This document shows positions 32,796 through 44,045 of a stretch of 64,000 bases of DNA, one piece after another (within the stretch, counting starts at the first letter, position 1; each line of letters opens with the position of its first letter). The stretch is from an uncultured Methanosarcinaceae archaeon (lineage in GTDB: Archaea; Halobacteriota; Methanosarcinia; Methanosarcinales; Methanosarcinaceae). The notes beneath the pieces are model-generated. The model searched no databases and had not been told where the DNA came from. It saw only the letters and a program-made list of their open reading frames with translations. Location: assembly GCA_963727895.1 (NCBI GenBank), contig CAVSHT010000004.1, positions 384,001 through 448,000 of the forward strand, in the 5' to 3' direction. Position numbers and translations under genes: made by a program.

Positions 32796-33542
32796 ATGGA
32801 ATATGAATTGGATATTAATATAGTTAATACTGATCAAGACCCGACTCTAACTAAGCTACACAATGGTAAATACAATTTATACATATTTAAGGCTGTACAG
32901 AGTAGTGCAGCAGGAGGCGCTCCTCTTGTCTGGCAGGGTTATAGGTATGATGAATATGAAGATGATACCACACTAACTTGGACTGAAATTTACTCAGGTT
33001 TTATTTCAAAAATTGTAATTGCTCCTGACGTAAGCTTCTTGAGTACGAAATCTATATCAATGGATTTTGGTGATATGCTTGTCGTTGATTCAAGTGGTAA
33101 CATAATAAAAAATAGCAGCGGTCAAAAAACTGATTTCGAATTCCAAGATACTAACACCGATATTGATTATACATGTGGAATTTGTCAGAAGGATCGAAAT
33201 GGTAAAATGGTTCCAATGTGTGCCTTTCCCCTAATTACAGGTGCGACAGATTATATAACACCAATTGAAAAAGTAGGTCTATTTTTTGCAACAGCGCCAA
33301 TAAACACTGGTTCTGTAAAAGAATATTCAAAAGCCAACGATGGTATTATTATTGATTTAACTAATCCAAATATAAAACGCTCTGTAGAATTCAGCCTTAA
33401 AACTGGATGGAAAACAACAGACAGTATTGACAATGGGCAACACTTTGGGCCTAATGATAAGTTAGTCGATATTCTAATCACATCGGATCAGGATATGAAA
33501 TTAGCCAAAGCAGTAATTGCTCCAAGCATATCTAAAAATTAA
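32796..33542 (+). CDS. Beta-rich hypothetical protein (248 aa)
   Basis: GGTGA RBS; long uninterrupted ORF. Confidence 0.75.
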   Translation: MEYELDINIVNTDQDPTLTKLHNGKYNLYIFKAVQSSAAGGAPLVWQGYRYDEYEDDTTLTWTEIYSGFISKIVIAPDVSFLSTKSISMDFGDMLVVDSSGNIIKNSSGQKTDFEFQDTNTDIDYTCGICQKDRNGKMVPMCAFPLITGATDYITPIEKVGLFFATAPINTGSVKEYSKANDGIIIDLTNPNIKRSVEFSLKTGWKTTDSIDNGQHFGPNDKLVDILITSDQDMKLAKAVIAPSISKN

Positions 33543-33604
33543 ACTTGATTGTACGTTTAGGATAGGACTCATATACTTGAGCCAAAAAACGATAGCGTTG
33601 AACA

Positions 33605-33788
33605 TTTAAATTGACATTCCGCAGAATCTTCTGGAAATTAAAGTTAAAAGCTTTCATTAAAGGCATATAATCGGAAAATGTGAAATGTTTCTAAAATATG
33701 CTTAGATAGGCAAAACAATTTCCAGAAAAAAAACGATAGCGAGAAATTTGTGGAATTTTAGTGAACATCTAAGGAATGTCAGTTTAAA
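33605..33788. mobile_element. 184-bp MITE
   Basis: TTTAAATTGACATTCC / GGAATGTCAGTTTAAA, 15 of 16 inverted match. Confidence 0.7.
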
Positions 33789-34165
33789 CATTTAAAATAT
33801 TAATTTTAACCATAACGTCTAGGTACTTAATTTTAAGTCTCAAGTGCGTATGATCTTGTGGGATCAAGTGATAGCCTTAAAGACAATTTGTACCTGAATT
33901 TCTGAAAATATTATAATCTGAACTTCAAGTTATTACTTCACATTATCCAATGATAGAAAAGATTTAACTTTTTAATAAACTATAACTAAGTTTAACTGTT
34001 GTAGTGTAGAAACAAAATTTCCACAGTTTGATACTATATAACTTTCCTTTGTATACCTTTTTCTCGATAATGAGAATGGTTAACTTTTCTAATTATAAAG
34101 GTTTCGCTAATTTTGCGATAAAGCTAGGTTTTTTCACTGCAACATATTTTTTAGAGGGATTGAAA

Positions 34166-34576
34166 ATGTGGAATAGAATAAAAAAAGAAAGATTTATTAA
34201 AGTATTAGTGGTACTTGTATTAATCTTCATTTTGTTCTTCAGTTCGGTGACATTCGGGCAAGTCGTAAGTTTACCAAGTGACTCTGGTAAGGCAACTGGT
34301 GTAGTTTATGCTAGTGATGGAGTTACTCCATTACTTGTAGCTGATGTAGTTAATGGCTCATATATAGAATTATATAATGCAACATCTGACTTATCAGCCA
34401 ATATTTGTGTTAGTGACACAAAAGGATTATACACCACCAAAACAGTACCATCGGGCAAATACGGTTTGAGAGTTTATTTTAAAAGTAAAAATGTCGGGAA
34501 CTCATCTATTTTTGCAATTCAAAGTGGTCAACTTACACAGGTAGACTTACGAACCTCAAGAATATCAACGAGCTAA
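34166..34576 (+). CDS. Secreted or membrane-anchored beta-sandwich (carboxypeptidase-regulatory-like) protein
   Basis: Hydrophobic N-terminus; GVVYASDGVTPL, SDTKGLY..VPSGKYGLRV. Confidence 0.6.
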   Translation: MWNRIKKERFIKVLVVLVLIFILFFSSVTFGQVVSLPSDSGKATGVVYASDGVTPLLVADVVNGSYIELYNATSDLSANICVSDTKGLYTTKTVPSGKYGLRVYFKSKNVGNSSIFAIQSGQLTQVDLRTSRISTS

Positions 34577-34810
34577 AATATAATCCTTCTATTCTTTTTG
34601 TGATTCATGTGATAGACTATTTCAAATAATTTTAATGCACTTTCCATGTCTTTTGTAGATACGAGAAATAGGACAATTAAGATTTCGAACCATCAGTTAA
34701 ATAAGCATAGATTTATGGGGGAATGGATAGGTATTGTATCTTTTTGAGATAGAGTTGAGATTTGAACCCATCTTCTTACTTTAAGTCGTTAATTATATGG
34801 TACTTTTTTC

Positions 34811-35876
34811 TTAACTCTCAGCCAAGTGTTGTAATCCCTTTTTATCACTAATAAAGAATGCAGTAATTGCCCCTGTCAAAAATACAGCTAAAGAACAATA
34901 TTTTTTTACAGAACGCATCGTATATCGGTGTAAATTCTCCATATTGCACGTTTTTTTGGCTAATTTAAATACGTCCTCAATGAGAGATCTAATAGGCTTA
35001 AGTCCTCCCCAATTTTCCATCAAAGTTTTAAATTTTGCTACAAGTCTATTATATATTTTCTTTTCTTCTTTCGTATTTCTTTTTGAATCAAATATGTTCA
35101 GAGGATAGCTTAGCATATCGAAAAGTTTATTATAATTGCAATTTATCCTTGGAAAAAATAATCGAAACTATTTTGTATTTCGCTATTCCTATTACATAAT
35201 TTTCATATGAAAAATAACCTTTATCGAAATAAAGTACATCTCCTGGTCTTATTTTCTTTCTTCTCTTTAGCTCTTCTAGAATCTGAGGATAAACCGTGTA
35301 TTCACTAACATTTGCTTCATTAACGATGAAAGCTAACGGTTTTAAGCTTGGATATTCCATGGCAAGACTCAGTTTCATTCCTATGAAATAACCTCGATGT
35401 TTAGAGTGTCCCCATTTAAATTCTCGATCTTCTAACATCTTTTTGCTAATTTTTCTCTTAAACCAGTTAAGATCAAGATTGATGTCTGTGCTATCGATTA
35501 TGATATGGCTTAAACCTCTTTTACGCCGAGAACAAACATTGTTAAGTAATCCAATAACAAAGTTGATAAATTGCTTAGGATCAAAGCTGCTCATGACACT
35601 GTATACTTCATTTTCAGAAGGTACTGACGTTATTCTCATAAATTTTCGTAATTTTTTCTTTTCGTCTAATTCTCTGACTACATAGGAAATTTCAAGGCAA
35701 AAATACATGCTCAGAATAACGATTTTCAGAGCAGGTATTGATTTTTCGAGAGGTAAGATTTCATGTTGTGAAAGAATTTGCTTGGTGGATCGTAAATCAA
35801 AAACGTTTAATATCTCTGAAAGCAATTTCCATTTGTAATCTTCGTTTGTTGGGATAAGCGGAGGTTTCACAAACAA
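34811..35876 (-). pseudogene. DDE transposase (IS4/IS5-like), frameshifted near 35155
   Basis: IIIDSTDI, YFDKGY, RSLIEDVFKLAK split over two ORFs. Confidence 0.88.
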
Positions 35877-36208
35877 ACACCAGAGGAGGATTATACGTCC
35901 TCCTCAATAAATTTTACGATTTTTAACGAAATAAAATCAAGTTTTAGACAAAAATAGAATGTATTTTTTAAGGGAAATCTAGATTTAATGTTATTTGAGG
36001 GAATAAAACATTTATATGCACTTATTGTTTCATAAGATTTTTTAGGTCCCTAGAGTTGTATTTACGTATCCTCTTCAAATTTGATGGGTTTTCAATCACA
36101 GAAAAAATGTATTAGTTGTTCCATTTACCCATATTCATATTTTGGAGAACAAAAATGGATCTTGGAGCTCTTGAACAATTGCTGTTATCACTGAACATCT
36201 ATCCGATT

Positions 36209-36460
36209 CCGTTGCAACAAATCTTAGAATCAGTTTGTAAATCTATGGATTATGAACAAAAGTTAAAATATTCAAAAAGATGTATCAATATTATAGAAAT
36301 ATATTAAATAATTGATTTAGTATATATAATGTAATCAAGACCAGAGTAATTTAGATTATTGACTTGTCCTTTTTTATCATATTCGTTTTGGTTCCGGTAA
36401 TCGAATTTATGCAGATCTCCTAAAATCTAGTCAACATTTTGTGTAAAATGTTACTTTTTT
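36209..36460 (-). mobile_element. Degenerate IS6 right-end derivative
   Basis: Similar to the IS6 right end; same junction as 40803-41060. Confidence 0.7.
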
Positions 36461-36666
36461 GATATTATTTCAAAATTGATATACGAACATAATATCGAGA
36501 AGTTCGTTTTTAATGCTTATTCTTGAGGGACAGGATAGCAAAACTTGCTGTAAATTCTAAGTTAATTTTTTGTATACAGTAGAATAAATTGATCTTCTGA
36601 TATGGAATTTTTGGCTCAAAAACTTTTTAAAATTTGTAATTTTACCGAACTTATGTTACACTGTCG

Positions 36667-36770
36667 GTAAGTCATGTTTCTGTCCAAAAATGGATCAAGA
36701 AATTTGGTCAAGAGTTAGAGAACCTAAAAAGTGAAAATGCTATATCTATTGTTGAAATGGATGAGATGCA
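36667..36770 (+). mobile_element. Internal IS1 fragment
   Basis: GTAAGTCATGTTTCTGTCCAAAAATGG...GGATGAGATGCA matches the IS1 copies. Confidence 0.85.
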
Positions 36771-36796
36771 TTTTGTCTTAAAGTAAATATCATAAT

Positions 36797-38353
36797 TTAC
36801 CAAAATTTATACCATGGTTTTTTTGTTTCCGGTATTTCAATTGATTTTTGATTGATTACATGAGTATTTAAGCAAGAAATATGAGCATTTGTTTCATTAC
36901 TTTTAGGTTTCTGTTTTTCTGCTTCTTTTCCTTGAGCTATTTGTTTTAGGAGAAAGTCGTAATTCTTTTGTGCGTTTATATTTTTAGGATCATATTTTAT
37001 AGCAATCTTAAAATGTTCTTCTGCCTCTTTTTTTCTCCCTGTTTCTGCAAGAAGAACACCATAATTATTGTGCGCATTTGCATTGTTAGGCTCATATTCT
37101 AAAGCCAGTTTATACTGTTCTTCTGCCTCTCTTTTTCTTCCCATTTGTCTAAGGAAATCTCCATAATTGTTGTGTGCAATTGCAGAAGTAGGGTTACATT
37201 CAAAGGAAATCTTAAAATGTTCTTCTGCCTCTTTTTTTCTCCCTGTTTCTGCAAGAAGAACACCATAATTATTGTGCGCATTTGCATTGTTAGGCTCATA
37301 TTCTAAAGCCAGTTTATACTGTTCTTCTGCCTCTCTTTTTCTTCCCATTTGTCTAAGGAAATCTCCATAATTGTTGTGTGCAATTGCAGAAGTAGGGTTA
37401 CATTCAAAGGAAATCTTAAAATGTTCTTCTGCCTCTTTTTTTCTTCCTGTTTTTGCAAGAAGAACACCATAATTACTGTGCGTATTTGCATTATTAGGCT
37501 CATATTCTAAAGCCAATTTATACTGTTCTTCTGCCTCTTTCTTCCTTTCAGTTTCTGAAAGTAGTAATCCATAATTATTGTGCGCATTTGCATTGTTAGG
37601 CTCATATTCTAAAGCCAATTTATACTGTTCTTCTGCCTCTTTCTTTCTCTCCATTTGTCTAAGGAAATCTCCATAATTTATGTGTTTGTTTGCATTATTA
37701 GGCTCATTTTCTAAAGCCAGCTTATATTGTTCCTCTATTTCTTTATTCCTTTCTTGTGGTGAGAGATATCCATAATCATTGCATACAATTGCTCTAGTAG
37801 AATTAGAGTCCAGAGAAAACCTAGAATCTTTTTTTCTATTCTCTAGTTTTCCCTCTTCTTTGTTTTTCTCTATAAATCTGTTCTTATTTTCTGTATGGTA
37901 TCTAGAGTCATTTAGTTGCACATCTAAATCTACAGCAGTTGAGATGAGTTTAGATTCCTTTTCTTTACAAGAATCAAGGATCCTGGCATATGATTTGTTT
38001 GAGTGCATTCTCCAGTCTATATAAGAAAAATGAGCAATGATATCAGGTATAGTGCAATCTATAATTAGTAGTGGAATTAAACGACGCTTTGTATTTGTAG
38101 GATCACGAAAAAGTATAGACTGATGCTCCAGTTTTCCCCATTCTGAGCCAAAATAATCTGGAGACATACACATTAAAAGCGTGTAGGATTTTTCTAAACC
38201 TTGTTGAATCTTTAAAGGAATAGAATCTCCAGGTTGAATAACCCATGAGTCCAGCCAAACGCGCACACCATCCTTTTTAAGTCTCCTAGCAAGAGCATGT
38301 ACGGTCCTTCGATTATTCGAACTGTAGCTAAGGAAGACATCATATTCGAACAT
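36797..38353 (-). CDS. TIR domain plus TPR-repeat protein
   Basis: YDVFLSYS..GVRVWLD..IQPGD..SPDYFGSEWGKLE; about 8 TPR units of 34 aa. Confidence 0.92.
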   Translation of the reverse strand: MFEYDVFLSYSSNNRRTVHALARRLKKDGVRVWLDSWVIQPGDSIPLKIQQGLEKSYTLLMCMSPDYFGSEWGKLEHQSILFRDPTNTKRRLIPLLIIDCTIPDIIAHFSYIDWRMHSNKSYARILDSCKEKESKLISTAVDLDVQLNDSRYHTENKNRFIEKNKEEGKLENRKKDSRFSLDSNSTRAIVCNDYGYLSPQERNKEIEEQYKLALENEPNNANKHINYGDFLRQMERKKEAEEQYKLALEYEPNNANAHNNYGLLLSETERKKEAEEQYKLALEYEPNNANTHSNYGVLLAKTGRKKEAEEHFKISFECNPTSAIAHNNYGDFLRQMGRKREAEEQYKLALEYEPNNANAHNNYGVLLAETGRKKEAEEHFKISFECNPTSAIAHNNYGDFLRQMGRKREAEEQYKLALEYEPNNANAHNNYGVLLAETGRKKEAEEHFKIAIKYDPKNINAQKNYDFLLKQIAQGKEAEKQKPKSNETNAHISCLNTHVINQKSIEIPETKKPWYKFW

Positions 38354-38937
38354 CTTATCATATGTCCGAATTGATTGTTTAAATGTGTAAATTTTGACAA
38401 AAAATCTATTATCAATGAAGAACCTTGCACCTTACGTTTCTCTTCATGAATAATCTGATATTAAAAAATAGACATTATTTTAAAACTTTTCTATTTCTAA
38501 GTGGTTGTTTATAACTTGATATTGTCAAATTGGTTCAATACACAGAACTGACATAACTTTGCTAAAAGCCGTAATACTAAAAATGTTATTTCTGTTTTAT
38601 CGTCTGATTATTATAAAGAAATTGCCCTTTCTGGGCTGAATTTTCCACAATTGCCTATGTGTTTGTTTTCTCGATCATTCCATATTATATAGGAATTCAC
38701 TTGTTTCCTTCGATAACCGGTCCATCAAATGCAAAAAAATACACAGAAACACATAGGCACTCTTCTCAGTGTCTGTAGATATCGATTAAAATAAGTGTTA
38801 CTAAACAGAAACTATATTTTTGTAAAAAATAGGCAATGAAGTTATAGATACCTTAAGCCAAATGGGAATTTAGGTAATTCAGTACAATATACCTACATTT
38901 TTAAATAGGCGAAATAATTCTAATATAGTTAAAACTA

Positions 38938-39804
38938 CTACAGATTTTTATATATATCTGTTTTAGCTTCCATGTAAGAATTAATTGCTATCTTCATTGT
39001 CCCATTTACGTTGATAATATTCATGTTAAAAATTTTTGCAAATTCAGACGCATTTCTATGAAAATTAATATCTTTATAGTCTGGGTTATTAATTTTAAAA
39101 AGAAGACTATACATAGGGGAATTTAGATATTTGCTAATCTTTTTATAAGATTCAGAAGATTTGTAATTAGTTTCATTCAGGTCGGAAAGCACCATTGGTG
39201 TTGCATATATAGCTCCTTTACCATTTCCCGATAACATTGTTTTTGTGTAAATCTCGTTTCCGCCAAGTGCTATGCTTATACAGTCATCAACAACGTTTCT
39301 TCCATCATCCCTCAGAAAATAAACAGGACAATCAAGTTGCTGCAATTCTGCTTGAACTTTTACAGAACTGAAGCCACATTTTCCATAGAATAGAAGAATA
39401 CCATTTGAGATTTTTGACATTTCTTTGGCATTCAGATAAACTTCAGATTGCAAAAAATCAATATCAGAATGTAAAGCTTTTCTAAGAAGATTCACAACAA
39501 CAGTTAATTCTTGTTTCTTTTCTTTATTGAATGGAATCATACACATTTTTTTGCAGAGAGGGATATTCGAGAACTTTCTCACGAAACTACCGAGTGATTC
39601 TCTATTGATTTCCGATATAGTAGGATACAACTTGTCAGAAGAAAACGTAAAGGGCTTAAGATTTTCATACCTGAGTTTTTTTATAAATCGCAAGCTGTTT
39701 CTGTTCTCTACCACAAATAGCCTTTTAATTTCAGGGTCTTTTGAGAGAACATATACTAGTTCATCTTCAAGTATTTCACAAGCAACTATACTTAATACAG
39801 GCAT
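38938..39804 (-). CDS. DUF1638 family protein
   Basis: MPVLSIVACEILEDEL, ALH, GILLFYGKCG, VDDCISIALGG. Confidence 0.85.
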   Translation of the reverse strand: MPVLSIVACEILEDELVYVLSKDPEIKRLFVVENRNSLRFIKKLRYENLKPFTFSSDKLYPTISEINRESLGSFVRKFSNIPLCKKMCMIPFNKEKKQELTVVVNLLRKALHSDIDFLQSEVYLNAKEMSKISNGILLFYGKCGFSSVKVQAELQQLDCPVYFLRDDGRNVVDDCISIALGGNEIYTKTMLSGNGKGAIYATPMVLSDLNETNYKSSESYKKISKYLNSPMYSLLFKINNPDYKDINFHRNASEFAKIFNMNIINVNGTMKIAINSYMEAKTDIYKNL

Positions 39805-39819
39805 TCAAAGACCCTTTAA

Positions 39820-40167
39820 TCAAACTATATTCATGATTTCTTTCTTGATGGAAAGATAGCACTTTTCAAATATCTTCTGGGTCCCGCTGACCTCAAATGT
39901 ACTATATCCAAACAATTTTGCGTATTCATTGATCTTTTTATCGATATCTTTTACATATGTAAGACCTGTATTGACCTTTGCAACTCTTGAGTACCCCGCT
40001 AAGTCATTGATTTTTTTTGCCATTTTTAATGCTTTATCAGGATTTGAATGAAGTTTATCGATATTTAAAAGTTCTCTCCATGAACTTGCATACATAGGTG
40101 TAAAGAAGAAAGCAGGCTCTTTGCTGTGGGTTTTAAGGAGTTTAAGGTAGTTTGCACCACCGCCGGA
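39820..40167 (-). pseudogene. C-terminal fragment of a DUF1638 paralog, truncated by IS6 sequence
   Basis: GGGANYLKLLK..FFFTPMYASSW..GYSRVAKVNTG; N-terminus of the listed ORF is IS6-derived. Confidence 0.75.
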
Positions 40168-40457
40168 TTTTTTGCAACAGAACCGCTTTAAATATCTACG
40201 TACTTTCTTTTCAATTTCAGGAGAGTATTGATGTACCCATCTCATTATCGTAGTGTGATCAACTTCTACTCCTCTTTCTACCATCATTTCCTTTAAATTT
40301 CAATAACTTAATAACTATTTTAAGTACCATCTGATATTTAGTAAAATAATCTCCCCTGCATAATGTTTCCATTTAAAGGAATTTACTGGCATAACATATA
40401 CTCCTACATTTCTATTATTTCAGTAAATCCCTTTCATAATTTTTTTGCAACGGAACC
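40168..40457 (-). mobile_element. IS6-family 5' fragment with two same-orientation TIRs
   Basis: TGCAACAGAACC near 40173 and TGCAACGGAACC near 40446; VDHTTIMRWVHQYSPEIEKK. Confidence 0.85.
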
Positions 40458-40668
40458 GATTTTTTTGATGTAAAAATATTAGAAAATAAATAAATTAATT
40501 TAATATCTGTCTTTAGCAGGTATCACTTTGTTTTTAAGCTTTTCTAACTTCATTTGCTGTTTTCTCTTCTTCTTTTCTTCATTTGTTAATTTATTATCAG
40601 TAATTTTATCAACTCCACGTTTTAAAAAAGAAAAACGTTTTATAGTTTTAAATTAATTTATTTATTGT

Positions 40669-40726
40669 TTATTTGAAATCACTTATTTGAAATCACTTAT
40701 TTGAAATCACTTATTTGAAATCACTT
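40669..40726. repeat. 14-bp tandem repeat TTATTTGAAATCAC x4
   Basis: Visible directly. Confidence 0.95.
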
Positions 40727-40802
40727 TTATCCGGCTTTTGTTCTTGGCAGTTCTAAGGCCGGATATTAAGCTTCTATTGCTTGACAATATACTCCTTTTC
40801 CA

Positions 40803-41060
40803 GGTTCCGTTGCAAAAAATATTAGAATAAGCACGTCAATCTGCAGACAATGAGCAAAAATCAAAATATTCAAGAAGATTTATCAATATTATAGAACTAT
40901 TCCAAATAATTGATTAATATATTTAGCTTCATTAAGACCAGAATAATTAAAATTTTTGATTTGTCCTTTTTTAATCATATTCGTTTTGGCTCCGGTAATT
41001 GAGGTTATGTGGATCTCCTAAAGTCTAGTCAACATTTTAGGTAATATGTTGCTTTTTTCT
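40803..41060 (-). mobile_element. IS6 right-end derivative
   Basis: TIR plus transposase 3' end, then the same junction as the 36209 copy. Confidence 0.75.
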
Positions 41061-41191
41061 TGAAATTTTCGTATCCTCTTCAAATTCAATGGAGAATTTT
41101 CCAACTCGAAAAATGTGCAACAATTTTATCATACAGTTGTAAAGTTGAATGCATTGCTTGAGGCTGTTTATTAGACTTTATTAAATTTTTA

Positions 41192-42048
41192 GGTTCCGTT
41201 GCAAAAAATATCTGCTAAGGATATAATTAAAATAAAAATGAAATCAAAGATAGTGATATGCTATCTAATTCCTTTAAATGGAAGCACTTTGTTGGTGAAA
41301 TTATTTTATTGAATGTTAGATGGTACTTAAAATACCCACTTAGTTATAGAAGTTTAAAGGAAATGATGGCAGAAAGAGGGATAATAGTCAACCATACAAC
41401 CATTATGAGATGGGTACATCAATATTCACCTGAAATCGAAAAGAAGGTCAGAAGGCATTTAAGACCAACAAACGACTCTTGGAGAGTTGATGAAACTTAC
41501 ATCAGAGTTAAAGGTGAATGGAAATATTTTTACCGAGCAGTTGACTCAAATGGAGATACAATTGATTTCATGTTAAGTGCAAAACGAAATAAAAAAGCAG
41601 CGAACAGATTCTTCAAAAAAGCTTTGAACTCTAATCATAATCAAATTCCAAGAGTAATCACAGTTGACAAAAATCCAGCTTATCCACCTGCTATAGATAA
41701 ACTGAAAAATGATAAAATACTACCTATAAACGTAGGCATTCGACAAATCAAATATTTGAATAACATTATAGAACAGGATCATAGATCCATTAAACGAATA
41801 GTTAATCCAATGTTAGGATTTCAGTCTTTTCATACAGCCATTAAAACTTTAAAAGGAATTGAAGCTATGAATATGATTAAAAAAGGACAAATCAAGAACT
41901 TAAATTACTCTGGCTTTAATGAAGCTAAATATATTAATCAATTATTTGGAATAGTTCTATAATATTGACATATCTTTTTGAATATTTTAACTTTTATTCA
42001 TTATTCATAGATTTACAGGCTTATTCTAAGATTTTTTGCAACGGAACC
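41192..42048 (+). mobile_element. IS6-family element, transposase 41258..41962
   Basis: Both TIRs and intact ORF. Confidence 0.97.
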
Positions 42049-42078
42049 ATTTATTTGAACTATAGAATCTCACTTGAT

Positions 42079-42209
42079 GAGGCCATCCCAAAACCAATTT
42101 TATTCTCAAAATCATAAAATTTTCAGTATTGTTTTCATTATCCGAAGCTCAAATTAATGATTGCAAATTCAAGATCTAAATAAACGATTTTGAGTTTTGG
42201 GATCGGCTC
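42079..42209. mobile_element. 131-bp MITE
   Basis: GAGGCCATCCCAAAAC / GTTTTGGGATCGGCTC. Confidence 0.7.
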
Positions 42210-42616
42210 GATGGTAAAATAATATGTTTTAGGGATACTTCCAATTAATTTTTAGAAACAAATTCTGATTTTTTTCAATATATTTAAATAATAACAGTAA
42301 TAATGTACACTGATAACAAGTGTCATGCTATTGATTATCATATTATTGAATCTATCTCTAAATATGAAATTTAGGTCTTGTAGAAAAATTATATAAATCA
42401 GCTACAATAGACTGGAAAGAGTATACACTTAAGATGCAAAATCAAGTGCATTAGACATTGAAATTAGATTTACGTTTTAGATAATTGAAGGTTTAAAAGC
42501 TTACTGGTTTATAAAGAACCAAGATTCGCTTTTTAAATCTCGCATTTTGGATTACAAATCAAGTCTCCACTCATGAAAACAATCCGGAAAAGTGAGACTT
42601 TCTTAATATTCATTTA

Positions 42617-43867
42617 ATGTCGGTTAGTCAAAATAATTCAAAAATTAATATTGGAAGGACTGTTTCCATGGATAGAACTAATAACAGATGGTTTTACGTT
42701 GTTATCGGTATAGTATTATTTTTATTTTTAGGAATGCTTTATGCGTGGTCTTTATTTATTGCACCGCTTGAAAAGGACTTTGGATGGACTCGTGCTCAGA
42801 CATCTCTTATTTTCACAATTTCAATCATATTCTTCTGTTTAGGAGGGATGGCAGGAGGTTTTATCACTGGTAAAAAGTCTCCAAGCTTTACTACCTTGAT
42901 TTCAGCCGTTTTCCTATTGTGTGGCTTTGTTGCATCTTCAAAGATAAACAGTCTTACAGGCATTTATATAACATATGGTATCATAAGCGGCTTCGGCATT
43001 GGTCTTAGCTATAATGCGGTCATAAGCACAGTGACAAAGTGGTTTCCAGATAAAACAGGTGCAATTTCTGGCCTTCTTCTTATGGGGTTTGGTTTAGGAG
43101 GTATGCTACTTGGCTCCACTACAAATGAGCTCATCACAGCAATAGGCTGGCGTGAAACCTTTTTGTATCTAGGTATAGCCTTTGGAATAGTGGTTTTTAT
43201 AGGCTCTCGATTATTAGTGCTTCCACCTTCAAATTATGTTTTCCCAAAAGCTGTTGCCAAGGCAAAAGATGCTGATATTGTAGGTCTGGAAATAAATTCT
43301 TCTTCAATGATAAAAAGACCCACTTTTTGGATATTTCTGGTCTGGAGCATTCTATCAACTGCAATGGGTCTTGCTCTGATTGGACACGCAGCTCCTTTTG
43401 CAAGTGACCTTAAAGCCACAGCATCGCTAGCTGCCTTTGGAGTTGGTCTGATTTCGGTTTGCAATGGCTTAGGAAGGGTAGTTCTTGGGGCAGTTTGCGA
43501 TAGGATAGGTTTAAAAAAGACAATGACTATAATCAATGCAACTTATATCACAGCTATAGTGATATTAATCGCTGCAGCCGTTTCAAAGAACATTTCTCTT
43601 CTTCTTCTAGGATTTGCGCTTACAGGTCTTTCTTATGGTGGAGTTCCCACAATGAATACCGTTTTTGCAAGTGTCTTTTATGGGAAAAAATATTTTGCCC
43701 AGAATTTGGGGATAGTAAATACCAGCCTTATTGGTGCTGCACTTATTGGTCCTTATGTAGCTGGTACGCTCCGTACCGCTACAGGTTCATATTTATCAAC
43801 CCTCTATGCTATGGCCGTTCTCGCAGTCGTCGCCTTTATTGCAAACGTTCTTATCAAAAGGCCTTAA
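42617..43867 (+). CDS. MFS transporter, OFA (oxalate/formate, lactate-type) family
   Basis: About 12 TM segments; YAWSLF..PL..FGW, KWFPDKTG..G...GFGLG, NGLGR..G...DRIG. Confidence 0.9.
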   Translation: MSVSQNNSKINIGRTVSMDRTNNRWFYVVIGIVLFLFLGMLYAWSLFIAPLEKDFGWTRAQTSLIFTISIIFFCLGGMAGGFITGKKSPSFTTLISAVFLLCGFVASSKINSLTGIYITYGIISGFGIGLSYNAVISTVTKWFPDKTGAISGLLLMGFGLGGMLLGSTTNELITAIGWRETFLYLGIAFGIVVFIGSRLLVLPPSNYVFPKAVAKAKDADIVGLEINSSSMIKRPTFWIFLVWSILSTAMGLALIGHAAPFASDLKATASLAAFGVGLISVCNGLGRVVLGAVCDRIGLKKTMTIINATYITAIVILIAAAVSKNISLLLLGFALTGLSYGGVPTMNTVFASVFYGKKYFAQNLGIVNTSLIGAALIGPYVAGTLRTATGSYLSTLYAMAVLAVVAFIANVLIKRP

Positions 43868-44045
43868 TTTTATATAAAAAATGCAAAGTGGAAACTTATC
43901 GAAACCTTAGGTTTCGGTTTCCTCTTTATATGTATCTATTTATATTTAATTTATTTTTTAATTTATATTTTAAGATATTATTTTAATAGATGAGCTAGTT
44001 TTTTAAAATCTATAGTTCAATTAAAAATAAGCTCATAAAGAGTTA

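Noticed and set aside
36797..38353. Diversity-generating retroelement template/variable repeats
   Set aside because: Repeats are tandem in-gene TPR units without adenine-specific differences, and no reverse transcriptase is present
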